In this document: positions 1 to 11,997 of the stretch, piece after piece
Layout: every line of letters begins with the position of its first letter
Position numbering within the stretch: position 1 is the first letter of the stretch
DNA from: Candidatus Omnitrophota bacterium
GTDB lineage: Bacteria; Omnitrophota; Gorgyraeia; Gygaellales; Profunditerraquicolaceae
NCBI GenBank assembly: GCA_050012075.1
Contig: JBEKHW010000001.1
Span: 68,766-132,765 of the forward strand
Direction of reading: 5' to 3'
Length of the DNA: 64,000 nucleotides
Translations under genes and position numbers: made by a program
The notes under the pieces: generated by a model
What the model saw: the letters and a program-made list of their open reading frames with translations, nothing else
What the model was told of the DNA's origin: nothing
The model's database searches: none

Positions 1-208
1 TTTCCCAAAAACGGCCATCTATATATAAGGATTTCTGTGTAATGCCTATTTTAATGGGGCTTAAGAAAGATAGTAGAGTATCAATACTTTTTTTGAAATT
101 CTGGGCTGACTTTACGAAGAAAGGGTGTTCCTTTTTATATGCCGAGGCATTACTGAATGCTATCCGCAGGCCTTTAAGGAATTCAAGGATTGCTTCATCT
201 TTTGTCAT
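1..208 (-). CDS. 5' part of a hypothetical protein running off the window start
   Basis: ATG at 208, open to position 1 (MTKDEAILEFLKGLRIAFSNASAYKKEHPFF...). Not in the ORF track; translated by hand. Confidence 0.6.
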   Translation of the reverse strand, partial: MTKDEAILEFLKGLRIAFSNASAYKKEHPFFVKSAQNFKKSIDTLLSFLSPIKIGITQKSLYIDGRFWE

Positions 209-245
209 AACGTTATTTTACCCTAAAAATATCTTTCTATAAAGC

Positions 246-284
246 AAAAATAAAAGGGGCGTCCATGATTAAATGGCCGCCCCT
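246..284 (-). terminator. Intrinsic terminator after the FMN glutamate synthase gene
   Basis: Minus strand reads AGGGGCGGCCAT-TTAATC-ATGGACGCCCCT followed by TTTATTTTT. Confidence 0.75.
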
Positions 285-308
285 GTTATCGGCGAAATTA
301 CAGCTTAA

Positions 309-1949
309 TTAAGATTTAAGTATCTTCTGCGCTATACTATCGCCCCTATCGGTGACAAACGGTATACCCGTTTCTTTTTCAGTTTCACGGTTGCCTGAGA
401 ATATATCTTCGCGGGAAATCTCTTTAACGGAGAATCTCCTTGCGCCGGCCATTAACTGCTGCACTCCGGCTGCCAGCTTATCGCATAAGGTCCAGAACGC
501 AATGGCTCCGAAAGGAATGTTTTTCATCTCTTCTTTACCGACTTTTTTCTGGACATCATAGTAGCCGGCAAATATCTCATCGGGAGTGGTCCCGAATTCA
601 GCTACCGGAGAAGGTAACTTCTCCCAGTTGCCGTGCACTTTTTCCTTTACCTCCGGATTAAGCACACCCTCGATATTTGAGCCGAGGAAACCGGGTATCA
701 TGGTAGCGCGGCCCATACACACCAGTTTCACAAACGGCGCTCCCAGCGCGATAGCCTTAAAGATATGATCCTCCCGTGCCAGGCCGCCGGCAAAAGCCAT
801 ATCCACAACCTTCTTGCCTTTCTTGCTCAATACTGCGGCATACTCCCTGGCTTTTGAATGCAAAAGAAGCGAAGGGACTCCCCATGACTCCATCATATTC
901 CAGGGACTCATACCTGTCCCACCGCCTGAGCCGTCAACGGTCAAAAGGTCCAGTTTTGCTTCGGTGGCGTATTTAATCGACATGGCGAGCGCTTCCATCC
1001 CATAGGAACCGGTTTTTAAGGAAATGCGCTCGTAGCCAATCTTACGAAGGTGCTTAACCGCCTTCATAAAATCCTCTCTCACTGCTTCTGCGCTTGATAA
1101 GCTCGTATAACCGAGCCTGCTGTGCCGGGCAAATGACCTTATGGCCTTGTGTTTAAAAGCTTCCTGCACCTCAGGAAGCGTGGGATCCGGGTCAACTACA
1201 TAGCCTCTCTTTTTAAGGAAAGTGGCATATTCAAGGCTTGTAACCTGTATCTCGCCTCCGATATCCTTTGCACCCTGCCCCCATTTAAGTTCAATAATCG
1301 CCTTGTCGCCGTATTTCTCAATGACATATTCGGCTACACCATTACGCGTATCTTCCACGTTCATCTGCACGATAATCGCGCCATAGCCGTCATAGTAACG
1401 CAGGAATGTCTCTATCCTCCTGTCTAATTCAGGGGCTTTGATGATTTTTCCGTTCTTAATCTCCGCCTTCTGGTCAATACCTACTACGTTTTCTCCGACT
1501 ACGATAGGTAATCCTACGAGGGCAGCACCCACGGCAAAGGATTCCCAGTATTTTGCCGCAATAAAGGTCGAACCCAATGCCCCGGTCATAATGGGGATAC
1601 GCGCCTTTGTCTTTATGCTCTGGCCGAATTCGGTCTCAAGATTCACATTAGGGAAAATACAGTCATCCTCGGAATTAGAGAGCCCTTTAGGCAAGCCATG
1701 TGCTCCGTAGTTATAACCGTTTATACGTATAGAATTGTAGCAAACCCCGGTATGCGATGTATTAAGGCTTCCCGCGGTTATGAACCCGTAATCCCTGGGA
1801 TACAACAGTTTCCTGCCCCTTAAAGAGGAAAGCCAGGTTTCACATTTACCCATGCAATCAGCTTGACAAAGTGTGCATAAGCCGGACTCGGCAGCATTAC
1901 CCCTGTTAACCGTACCCAATGCATCATTAGATTTCGGCCACTGAATCAT
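309..1949 (-). CDS. FMN-binding glutamate synthase family protein (stand-alone large-subunit FMN domain, N-terminal Cys cluster)
   Basis: ELKWGQGAK.IGGE and DGSGGGTG motifs; CxxCxxxCxxxC near the N-terminus; SD AAGGAGGG. Confidence 0.85.
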   Translation of the reverse strand: MIQWPKSNDALGTVNRGNAAESGLCTLCQADCMGKCETWLSSLRGRKLLYPRDYGFITAGSLNTSHTGVCYNSIRINGYNYGAHGLPKGLSNSEDDCIFPNVNLETEFGQSIKTKARIPIMTGALGSTFIAAKYWESFAVGAALVGLPIVVGENVVGIDQKAEIKNGKIIKAPELDRRIETFLRYYDGYGAIIVQMNVEDTRNGVAEYVIEKYGDKAIIELKWGQGAKDIGGEIQVTSLEYATFLKKRGYVVDPDPTLPEVQEAFKHKAIRSFARHSRLGYTSLSSAEAVREDFMKAVKHLRKIGYERISLKTGSYGMEALAMSIKYATEAKLDLLTVDGSGGGTGMSPWNMMESWGVPSLLLHSKAREYAAVLSKKGKKVVDMAFAGGLAREDHIFKAIALGAPFVKLVCMGRATMIPGFLGSNIEGVLNPEVKEKVHGNWEKLPSPVAEFGTTPDEIFAGYYDVQKKVGKEEMKNIPFGAIAFWTLCDKLAAGVQQLMAGARRFSVKEISREDIFSGNRETEKETGIPFVTDRGDSIAQKILKS

Positions 1950-1964
1950 TTCTCTTTCCCTCCT

Positions 1965-2130
1965 TAAAATAAGCGATGCCTATGGCGTTGATTTCGGCAT
2001 ACCTATGGTGCTTATGCCGAAATCACACCGAGCTATGCTCGGTGATTATCGCTTATTTTACTCCGCACTATGTGCGGAGCTCTGATTTGCCCGCTATAAC
2101 GGGCTAGTAGATTAATCCGCCTAAGGCGGA
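1965..2130. repeat. Cluster of six short palindromes, most with C-TAN-G triloops; three are enclosed in a 13-bp outer stem
   Basis: TAAAATAAGCGAT (1965-1977) pairs with ATCGCTTATTTTA (2048-2060). Arms include CACCGAGC-TAT-GCTCGGTG; outside the stem are CTCCGCAC-TAT-GTGCGGAG and TCCGCC-TAA-GGCGGA. Confidence 0.75.
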
Positions 2131-2152
2131 CATCCAATTATTGTGCAACTTA

Positions 2153-2169
2153 TGCCTAACTATTAGGCA
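2153..2169. promoter_or_regulatory. 17-bp palindrome TGCCTAACTATTAGGCA, candidate operator
   Basis: TGC-N11-GCA geometry; a similar site with shared flanks lies at 16953-16969. Confidence 0.45.
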
Positions 2170-2178
2170 CGAACAGAC

Positions 2179-2263
2179 AAAAAAATAAAAGACGCCTCCA
2201 TAGTACCTAGACGTCTTTGTCCGTTACTCTACTGTATTTTGCCCTGCCTTGCTTCTTCGCAAG
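2179..2263 (-). promoter_or_regulatory. ANTAR-type attenuator (two hexaloop hairpins plus overlapping terminator)
   Basis: P1 CTTGC-GAAGAA-GCAAG; P2 GGAC-AAAGAC-GTCT overlaps the terminator AAAGACGTCT...AGGCGTCTTTTATTTTTTT. Confidence 0.75.
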
Positions 2264-2276
2264 ACCTTAAAGACAA

Positions 2277-2304
2277 ATGATAATATAAAAATTTTTCTTG
2301 TCAA
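2277..2304 (-). promoter_or_regulatory. sigma70-type promoter
   Basis: TTGACA-N16-TATCAT. Confidence 0.7.
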
Positions 2305-2354
2305 GGGAAATCTACCCTAAAGTTCCGACAGGAACAGAATTTTCTGATAAGTCT

Positions 2355-4866
<2,512 letters not shown>

Positions 4867-4868
4867 CT

Positions 4869-6389
4869 TTAATCTTCTTTAAATTTTCCTTTAAAATCGG
4901 CTATGATTGTATCCAGCCGCGCCGTTAATTCAGGGGTTAATTCTTTGGCCTCTAATATCTGGGTTATAACATCTTTATGGTTAGCTTCCATATACTTGAA
5001 TAACTCCTGCTCGAATTTCTTTATCCCTGAAACCGGAATATCGTCTACAAAACCTTTTGTGCCGCAATAAATAATCAGGGTTTCTTCTGCCACGCTAAAT
5101 GGCGTATACTGATCCTGCTTAAGGAGTTCAATCATACGTTGGCCCCTGGAAAGCTGCGCCTGGGTGGTTTTATCCAGATCCGTGCCAAATTGCGTGAAAG
5201 CCGCCAGTTCCCGGTATTGCGCCAGGTCCAGCCGCAGTTTTGCTGAAACCTGCCGCATCGCTTTATTTTGCGCCTTCCCACCCACTCTTGATACCGATAG
5301 GCCCACATTTACCGCTGGCCGCACCCCTGCCCAGAAGAGGTCGCTCTCCAGATAAATCTGTCCGTCAGTTATGGAAATGACGTTAGTGGGGATATAACTG
5401 GTAATATCTCCTGCCTGGGTCTCGACTATAGGCAGGGCAGTCATTGAGCCTGCGCCCAAACTATCATGCAATTTTGCGGCGCGCTCAAGTAATCGCGAAT
5501 GGAGATAAAATATATCCCCCGGATACGCCTCTCTGCCCGGAGGCCGCCTTAAAAGAAGGGACAACTGGCGATATGCCTGCGCATGTTTTGTCAGGTCATC
5601 ATAAATAACAAGGGTGTCTTTGCCGTTATACATAAATTCCTCGGCCATGGCGCAGCCTGCGTAAGGTGCCAGATACTGCAAGGAAGCTGATGCGCGCGAA
5701 GAAGCGCTCACGATAGTAGTATAATTCATTGCCCCGTATTTAGCTAAGGTCTCGGAAATAGCAACTATAGTAGAAAGTTTCTGGCCTATCCCCACATATA
5801 TACAATACACATCTTTACCCTTCTGATTTATGATTGTGTCAATGGCTATGGCGGTCTTTCCCGTCTGCCTGTCTCCGATGATAAGCTCGCGCTGTCCCCT
5901 GCCGATAGGAGTCATTGCATCAATTGCCTTTATGCCTGTTTCTAATGGCACACTCACGGGCTGGCGCTGCACCACATTCACTGCCCTTGCCTCTAAGGGC
6001 CTGTATTTCTCGGTTTGAACCGGGCCTTTTCCGTCAATGGGCCTGCCTAATGCATTAACCACCCTACCCACCAGCGCTTCTCCTACGGGTACCTGGGCAA
6101 TTTTGCCCGTGCGCTTGACTGTGTCGCCTTCTTTTATATCCTTATCGGGGTTATCCGTGCCGAAGACGACGACTCCTACGCTGTCCTCCTCCAGGTTAAG
6201 GACCATCCCCTTAACCTTTTCCGAAAACTGCACTATTTCCCCCATCATCGCGTCGTCAAGGCCGTAGATACGCGCAATGGTATCGCCTACCTGGATTACC
6301 GTCCCGATAGACTCTACCTTAAGGCGCGTCGTGTATTTCTCTATCTCTTTTTTTATGATAGAGGAGACTTCCTCCGGCTTTAGGCTCAT
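4869..6389 (-). CDS. atpA: ATP synthase alpha subunit
   Basis: GDRQTGKT and [12 protein letters not shown] motifs. Confidence 0.98.
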   Translation of the reverse strand: MSLKPEEVSSIIKKEIEKYTTRLKVESIGTVIQVGDTIARIYGLDDAMMGEIVQFSEKVKGMVLNLEEDSVGVVVFGTDNPDKDIKEGDTVKRTGKIAQVPVGEALVGRVVNALGRPIDGKGPVQTEKYRPLEARAVNVVQRQPVSVPLETGIKAIDAMTPIGRGQRELIIGDRQTGKTAIAIDTIINQKGKDVYCIYVGIGQKLSTIVAISETLAKYGAMNYTTIVSASSRASASLQYLAPYAGCAMAEEFMYNGKDTLVIYDDLTKHAQAYRQLSLLLRRPPGREAYPGDIFYLHSRLLERAAKLHDSLGAGSMTALPIVETQAGDITSYIPTNVISITDGQIYLESDLFWAGVRPAVNVGLSVSRVGGKAQNKAMRQVSAKLRLDLAQYRELAAFTQFGTDLDKTTQAQLSRGQRMIELLKQDQYTPFSVAEETLIIYCGTKGFVDDIPVSGIKKFEQELFKYMEANHKDVITQILEAKELTPELTARLDTIIADFKGKFKED

Positions 6390-6937
6390 GCTTCGACCCT
6401 CGCGCTCATTAACCTTTCCCGCAGTTCATCCAACCGCCTTCTTATTGAACCATCGATTATGGTATTGCCTATAACCACCTGTACTCCCCCGAGGAGACCG
6501 GCGTCCAATTCTGTGCGAAATTTGAATTTTTTACCGAACTTGCTTTCTAACCTATCCTCTATGTCTTTTATTATTCCTGACTCAAGCGGAGAACTTACCC
6601 TAAGCAGCGCCTCGGTCCTCCTGCCATGCGAATAATTAAGCCGTATATATTCCGCTATATCCGTAAGAATAGCGATGCGTTCTTTTTCAACGAGCAATTT
6701 AAGGAAATCCCGGATCGCAAAGGAAAAATCTTCCCCCAACACCTTATCAATAAACGCGCATTTTTCACTAAAGGATATTCCCGGGCTTCGTAGAAATTTA
6801 AGGAAATCTGGGTTATCGTGGAGGATGGCGCCCTTTAGCTTTTTAAAATCTTCCGCTGCCTTATCGATGCCAATATTATCTTTGGCAAAATCGATGAATG
6901 CTTCAGAGTAACGTCTAACCGCAATACGCTCTAACAT
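6386..6937 (-). CDS. atpH: ATP synthase delta subunit
   Basis: AVRRYSEA N-terminus, LLGG...IDGS C-terminus; operon position. Confidence 0.93.
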   Translation of the reverse strand: MLERIAVRRYSEAFIDFAKDNIGIDKAAEDFKKLKGAILHDNPDFLKFLRSPGISFSEKCAFIDKVLGEDFSFAIRDFLKLLVEKERIAILTDIAEYIRLNYSHGRRTEALLRVSSPLESGIIKDIEDRLESKFGKKFKFRTELDAGLLGGVQVVIGNTIIDGSIRRRLDELRERLMSARVEA

Positions 6938-7431
6938 TATAAATCTTCCACCTTTTCCAGGAAATTCCTGATTATTTTCTTGTCGAGCTCTTCATTCAAT
7001 TTCTCCTGGATGACCTGTTCAGTCGCTGATATGGTCAACTCCACAATCTTCTCTTTTAATTCCTCTTTTGCAGCGGAGAGCTCATGCCTGATATTGTCTT
7101 TGGCATTATTGATAATCTCCTGCGCCTGCAGGTGCGCGTTCTTGCGGACCTCGTCGCTGATTTTCCTGCTTTCCGACACGGCTTCTTTAATAATCCTGTC
7201 CGCTTCTTCCTTGATCGTAGCGACCTTATCTTCGTATTCGCCCTTGCTCCTTAAGGTTTCTGCCCTAGCCTCCTCTATCTTTTTGAATTCCAGGGCTATA
7301 CGATCTCTCCTGTCGTCCAGGATCTTCAGGATCTTATTCCAAGCAAATATCCTAAGCAGCACCAAGAGGAGAATAAAACTCAAGGCCTCTGCAACAACTT
7401 CATTTGCACTCAGCAGTTTCAACAATTCCAT
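6937..7431 (-). CDS. atpF: ATP synthase b subunit (start revised to ATG 7431)
   Basis: N-terminal transmembrane helix then charged coiled coil. The track's longer start overlaps atpE. Confidence 0.92.
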   Translation of the reverse strand: MELLKLLSANEVVAEALSFILLLVLLRIFAWNKILKILDDRRDRIALEFKKIEEARAETLRSKGEYEDKVATIKEEADRIIKEAVSESRKISDEVRKNAHLQAQEIINNAKDNIRHELSAAKEELKEKIVELTISATEQVIQEKLNEELDKKIIRNFLEKVEDL

Positions 7432-7444
7432 ATCAATAAAAAAG

Positions 7445-7675
7445 TTAAATCCTTCCGGATAGCACGAATCCGAACACGAGCACGTAAATGGTAATCGCTT
7501 CAATAAACGCGCAGCCGATAGTAAGGTTTATCAGTATCTTTGTTGCGGCTTCCGGCTGCCTTGCTGTAGCATCCATTGCCTGGCTGACTGCCTTACCTAA
7601 TGCAAAGGCCGAACCAACCGCCGCCAACGCAAGCCCTATGGGTAGTGTAATTGCAAGTATGCTTTTTACATCCAT
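7445..7675 (-). CDS. atpE: ATP synthase c subunit
   Basis: ARQPEA loop and conserved Glu in FIEAITIY; SD GGAG 5 nt before ATG 7675. Confidence 0.96.
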   Translation of the reverse strand: MDVKSILAITLPIGLALAAVGSAFALGKAVSQAMDATARQPEAATKILINLTIGCAFIEAITIYVLVFGFVLSGRI

Positions 7676-7689
7676 ATTCACTCCTTTCG

Positions 7690-8424
7690 TTATTTTGCTT
7701 CTTCAAGCGGTAACAACACCGCAAAATATATCGTGGTCAGGACACAAAACACCATTGCCTGGACTATGCCTGCCAATACAGTGGCAAGCATATTAATAAA
7801 AAGCAATATAAAACCTTTTATGCCAAAACCGGCTAAAACCGACAACAACATGTCGTCTCCCCAGATATTGCTTCTAAGACGCAGGGAAAGGCTGATTGGT
7901 TTAATCAACTCTGAAAGCATATGCAGCAAAAACATCATGATGGGAAGTATAACCGAAAAGGCGATTATACCGCGCGGTTTTCCGGCAGCATGGTCGATAT
8001 AGCCGATAAACCCCATCTCCCTGATTGCGCTGTATTGGACGTAACCAAATACGCAAAGAGCTAGCGCCAGGGTAGTTGACCAACTAGTGGTAGCTGATTT
8101 AAAAAAGGGAACTAATCCCATAAGGTTCATGCATAGTATGTAGAAAAATAACGTGCCGATAAAAGGGGTATATTTCCTGCCGCGGCTGCCTAATATACCG
8201 CAGATAAAGTCATCGGCCCCGCCAATTAAAACCTCGGCCATATTCTGCAATCGCCCGGGTATTAACGCCTTCTTGCGTCCGGCTACAAAAGCCAGGATAG
8301 AAAGTATGAGAGCGACAATAAGGGCATAGGCGACCGTGCGCCATATATATAGGTAATGGAAAAAAACGGTATCCGGAAACCTTTTTGCAAGAAGCGTTAT
8401 AAAATCAGGGAGCTCCTCAATCAT
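7690..8424 (-). CDS. atpB: ATP synthase a subunit
   Basis: KPISLSLRLRSN and IVQAMVFCVLT motifs. Confidence 0.95.
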   Translation of the reverse strand: MIEELPDFITLLAKRFPDTVFFHYLYIWRTVAYALIVALILSILAFVAGRKKALIPGRLQNMAEVLIGGADDFICGILGSRGRKYTPFIGTLFFYILCMNLMGLVPFFKSATTSWSTTLALALCVFGYVQYSAIREMGFIGYIDHAAGKPRGIIAFSVILPIMMFLLHMLSELIKPISLSLRLRSNIWGDDMLLSVLAGFGIKGFILLFINMLATVLAGIVQAMVFCVLTTIYFAVLLPLEEAK

Positions 8425-8429
8425 AACCG

Positions 8430-8666
8430 TTATTTGCCTTTCTTATCAATCCTTGTGACTAATTTAATGATCCTGATAGTCTCAAAAACCCCTGCCACAA
8501 AACCCAGGGTTATACATACCAGAACCGCGTACCTGGGAAAACCAAACTTCTTTTCTAAATACTCTCCTATGAAGAAGCCGCCGATAGGCCCTACCGCTAA
8601 CATGAGAGGAATAAAGAAAACCATCCCTGATATCTTAATCTGACGATATAACTCTTCTTTTCGCAT
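8430..8666 (-). CDS. AtpZ/AtpQ-like small two-helix membrane protein
   Basis: 78 aa, two hydrophobic helices with a G..IG..L motif, directly upstream of atpB. Confidence 0.8.
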   Translation of the reverse strand: MRKEELYRQIKISGMVFFIPLMLAVGPIGGFFIGEYLEKKFGFPRYAVLVCITLGFVAGVFETIRIIKLVTRIDKKGK

Positions 8667-8692
8667 TCTTTGCCCAAGGCAAAATCGCGCTA

Positions 8693-9103
8693 TTACTGTT
8701 TTGGAACCGTGCCCAGAAGAACAGGATTGGCTCCCAGCTGGGAAACCATATCAATAACCTTTACCACGAATTCGTATCTTACGTTCTTATCGCCGTTAAT
8801 AATAACCGCGGGATTTGCCGTATCCTTAATCAAAGACCTCAATTTTGATTTCAATACGCCGAAGTCATAACGCAGGTTGTACTGCGCGTTATCAAGAGAC
8901 GCCTCTCCTTCTTCATTAATCGTAACGATAACTGCGTGGGGTGAGCTTTCCGCGGATTCCGCGTCCGGAAGATGCACCCGCATATTGGACTGGTAAATCA
9001 GGGGAGTGGCGATCATAAAAACAACCAGCAACACCAGGATCACGTCTGTAAAAGGCGTGATATTAATCTCCGCCATTAACTTTTCTTTTCTGTTCCTGAG
9101 CAT
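8693..9103 (-). CDS. exbD: ExbD/TolR family protein
   Basis: EINITPFTDVILVLLVVFM motif. Confidence 0.9.
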   Translation of the reverse strand: MLRNRKEKLMAEINITPFTDVILVLLVVFMIATPLIYQSNMRVHLPDAESAESSPHAVIVTINEEGEASLDNAQYNLRYDFGVLKSKLRSLIKDTANPAVIINGDKNVRYEFVVKVIDMVSQLGANPVLLGTVPKQ

Positions 9104-9732
9104 TATTTCTTCCTGACGCTAGCCATATCCATAAACTCTGAAGCGCACAGCTCCATATCCTCTATAAACGTATCTATGCGCCTCATAAAAAAATTGTAGG
9201 CAATGACCGCGGGAACCGCAACCATGAGGCCGGCTGCGGTACAAACCAGAGCCTCTGCGATGCCTCCGATAACGACGTTCATTCCGCCTGCGCCGCTTGC
9301 CGAGATATCCTGAAAAGCCCTGATAATCCCAAGGACCGTCCCGAAAAGGCCGATGTAAACCGCGGTGCTTCCGATAGTGCCGACGATACCGGTGTAGCGC
9401 TCAAGTTTTGTCGTCTCTATGGTTATTTCCCTCTCCATGGAGTTGGATATCACCGTCTCATCATGGCCATACAAGGTAATACCGATGGAGACAACCATGG
9501 AAAAAGGCGTGTTGGTGTTTCTACAAATCTGCAGCGCCTCCTGAAGGTCACCTTTTGCGATAGCCCTGCGGATATCCCCCATAAAATCAGTGCGCTTTAT
9601 CTTTGAGTGCCTTCTATAATACAGTATCCTCTCTACGATTATGGCTATGGATACGACGGAACAAAACAAAAGTACGTACATCGTTATTCCGCCGATCTTA
9701 AGTATCTGCCAAAGCGTCTTTCCTTTAAACAT
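9103..9732 (-). CDS. exbB: MotA/TolQ/ExbB proton channel protein
   Basis: IGLFGTVLGII.AF and GIAEAL..TAAGL.VA.PA motifs. Confidence 0.9.
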   Translation of the reverse strand: MFKGKTLWQILKIGGITMYVLLFCSVVSIAIIVERILYYRRHSKIKRTDFMGDIRRAIAKGDLQEALQICRNTNTPFSMVVSIGITLYGHDETVISNSMEREITIETTKLERYTGIVGTIGSTAVYIGLFGTVLGIIRAFQDISASGAGGMNVVIGGIAEALVCTAAGLMVAVPAVIAYNFFMRRIDTFIEDMELCASEFMDMASVRKK

Positions 9733-9743
9733 TCCTCTACCCC

Positions 9744-10349
9744 CTATGAAGTTATGTTGGTATCGGGTTTTATATTCTTTTGAACGGCTCTAATACAACC
9801 AGAGCGGCGTATGCATTTTACAAACAAGAAAATAAGTAAAAGAACGGATATTATAATAAGGGCTGGCGTCTTATAACGGAGTATTGCCAAGCCGCAAAGC
9901 GAAAGAATATAAATCCGTGGCACGACACCGATTAAAGTGAATAATACGAAGGAAGGGAAATTTATTTTAGTGATTCCGGCGGTAATGGAAAATACCTTAA
10001 AAGGTATTACCGGCAATACCCTGCCAATCAGGACACTCCATGCGCCGTATTTTTTTGCGAATGCCTCTGCTTTGGCAATATGGTGCGGCTTGATTAATAT
10101 GAACCTTCCAAATTTAAGGACTACCGGTAAGGCAGCGTATCTACCCAGCGCATAGCCAAGCATAGCGCCTAAGGTTGAGCCGAGAGATCCAAAGATAACA
10201 ATGGATAAGATGGGTATTCCTACTGCGGCGGCACCCGCGATTACGACTTCGGAGGGAATAGGGATAATACTTGATTCAAAAAACATGCCTAAAAATATCC
10301 CTATATCGCCAAACCTTGCAATCAGCCCTGTTATATTGTGTTCCAGCAT
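9744..10349 (-). CDS. DedA family membrane protein
   Basis: ESSIIPIPSE and GR..P motifs. Confidence 0.9.
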   Translation of the reverse strand: MLEHNITGLIARFGDIGIFLGMFFESSIIPIPSEVVIAGAAAVGIPILSIVIFGSLGSTLGAMLGYALGRYAALPVVLKFGRFILIKPHHIAKAEAFAKKYGAWSVLIGRVLPVIPFKVFSITAGITKINFPSFVLFTLIGVVPRIYILSLCGLAILRYKTPALIIISVLLLIFLFVKCIRRSGCIRAVQKNIKPDTNITS

Positions 10350-10427
10350 ATAAATTTCGGCCTATTTACGGAAAAAATCCACTTTTCCTGTGCCAAAGAC
10401 GGTTGATTTCGAAGGTAAATTAATTAT

Positions 10428-10455
10428 ACTATAACAGAGGGTGGTTTACTGTCAA
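10428..10455 (-). promoter_or_regulatory. sigma70-type promoter for dedA-exbBD-atp
   Basis: TTGACA-N16-TATAGT. Confidence 0.65.
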
Positions 10456-10461
10456 GGTAAT

Positions 10462-11907
10462 TTAAAAGGCGGGGAGGGCGGTATCTTTCATAAGGTATTT
10501 ATCAATGAAATGCGCGGCTTTTCTTCCCTCTGAGATAGCCCACACAATCAGGGATTGCCCGCGGTGCATGTCTCCGGCAGTAAATATTCCCGGGACAGAA
10601 GTCATGAAATCAACGCCTGTTGCGACATTTCCCCTGGAATCCAATTTAAGCTTAAGCTCGTCAATTATACCTTTTCTTTCAGGATGCAGGAACCCTAATG
10701 CCAGTACCACTAAATCCGCTTCAATTTCAAATCCTGAACCGGGTATTTCCTGCATTGCAGGGCAACCCTTTTGGTCTCTAGCGGAAAAATCTACACGCAC
10801 ACAGGAAAGCCCGGAAACAGAGCCGTTCTTACCGATAAACTTCTTGGTCAATACAGACCATTCTCTCGCTCCACCTTCCTCGTGGCTGGTTGTGGTCTTA
10901 AGAAGCAGCGGATACTTTGGCCAGGGATAATCCTGCGTGCGGCATTCAGGGGGCCTGCTAAGCAACTCTATCTGGACTACGCAGGAAGCGCCCTGCCTGT
11001 GCGCAGTACCCACACAGTCTGCACCCGTATCGCCGCCTCCGATGACGACTACTTTCTTACCCTTGGCATCTATAATTTTATCTGTCTGGACGCGCTCTCC
11101 TGCTACGCGCCTGTTGGACTGGATCAGATACTCCATCGCAAAATGTATCCCTTTAAATTCTCTCCCCTCTATATTTAAATCACGGGCTTGACGAGAACCG
11201 CAGGCAATACAAATAGCATCAAAATCTTCCTTTAGTTTGGCAACAGGTATATCTATCCCGGCGTTGGCTCCGGTACGGAATGTAATACCCTCTTTCTTTA
11301 AAATTGCTATGCGCCTGTCTAATATATTTTTATCCAGTTTAAAATCAGGTATACCATAGCGCATGATGCCGCCGATTTTATCGTCGCGCTCAAATACAAC
11401 TACAGAGTGGCCTGCCTGATTCAGCTGGTCTGCGCAGCTCCACCCTGCAGGACCTGAACCTATTACTGCAACATTTTTACCGGTGCGTTTCCTGGGACGA
11501 TTAATTTTTACAAGGCCATTTTTAAAGGCGTATTCTATAAGTGCGAGTTCATTTTCCTTGATAGTCACGGGGTCATCATTAATGCCCAGCACACAGGCAT
11601 ATTCACAGGGTGCCGGACAGATCCTGCCGGTTATCTCCGGAAGATTATTAGTTGCATCAAGTAATTCAAATGCTTTTTGCCAATGACCCCGGAAAAGATG
11701 GTCATTCCATTCGGGGATGTAATTTCCGATGGGGCAACCCCAGTGGCAGAAAGGAGTGCCGCAATCCATGCAGCGCGAGGCCTGATCCTTAGAATGCTCC
11801 TCTTTAGAGGGGGCATTTACTTCAGAATAATCCTTGATCCGCTCGCATACCGGCCTATATTCCTGCGGCTTTCTTTTGACTTTTAAGAAACCTTTTATGT
11901 CTCCCAT
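10462..11907 (-). CDS. gltD: Glutamate synthase small subunit
   Basis: RCMDCGTPFC, GRICPAPCE, GSGPAG and GGGDTGADC motifs. Confidence 0.97.
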   Translation of the reverse strand: MGDIKGFLKVKRKPQEYRPVCERIKDYSEVNAPSKEEHSKDQASRCMDCGTPFCHWGCPIGNYIPEWNDHLFRGHWQKAFELLDATNNLPEITGRICPAPCEYACVLGINDDPVTIKENELALIEYAFKNGLVKINRPRKRTGKNVAVIGSGPAGWSCADQLNQAGHSVVVFERDDKIGGIMRYGIPDFKLDKNILDRRIAILKKEGITFRTGANAGIDIPVAKLKEDFDAICIACGSRQARDLNIEGREFKGIHFAMEYLIQSNRRVAGERVQTDKIIDAKGKKVVVIGGGDTGADCVGTAHRQGASCVVQIELLSRPPECRTQDYPWPKYPLLLKTTTSHEEGGAREWSVLTKKFIGKNGSVSGLSCVRVDFSARDQKGCPAMQEIPGSGFEIEADLVVLALGFLHPERKGIIDELKLKLDSRGNVATGVDFMTSVPGIFTAGDMHRGQSLIVWAISEGRKAAHFIDKYLMKDTALPAF

Positions 11908-11918
11908 ATTCCTCCGTA

Positions 11919-11991
11919 GGGACGGTTCTCAAGCCAAAGCTAAAAGTGTCCCTCAGGGGGACAGTTCTCCGAACAAATTGAGAACCGTCCC
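11919..11991. repeat. REP doublet (REPIN/MITE-like) matching the two ends of the RAYT locus
   Basis: GGGACGGTTCTCAA...AAGTGTCCC plus GGGGACAGTTCTCCG...GAGAACCGTCCC; matches 36398-36431 and 36971-37005. Confidence 0.9.
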
Positions 11992-11997
11992 TGATTT

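Noticed and set aside
246-300. Additional ANTAR element at the terminator after the FMN glutamate synthase
   Set aside because: The AGGGGC loop candidate is closed by only one base pair; treated as an ordinary terminator.
7445-7675. Na+-translocating or N-type ATPase
   Set aside because: The c subunit has EAITIY without the Q/ES(T) sodium ligands, delta is present and gene order is the standard F-type.
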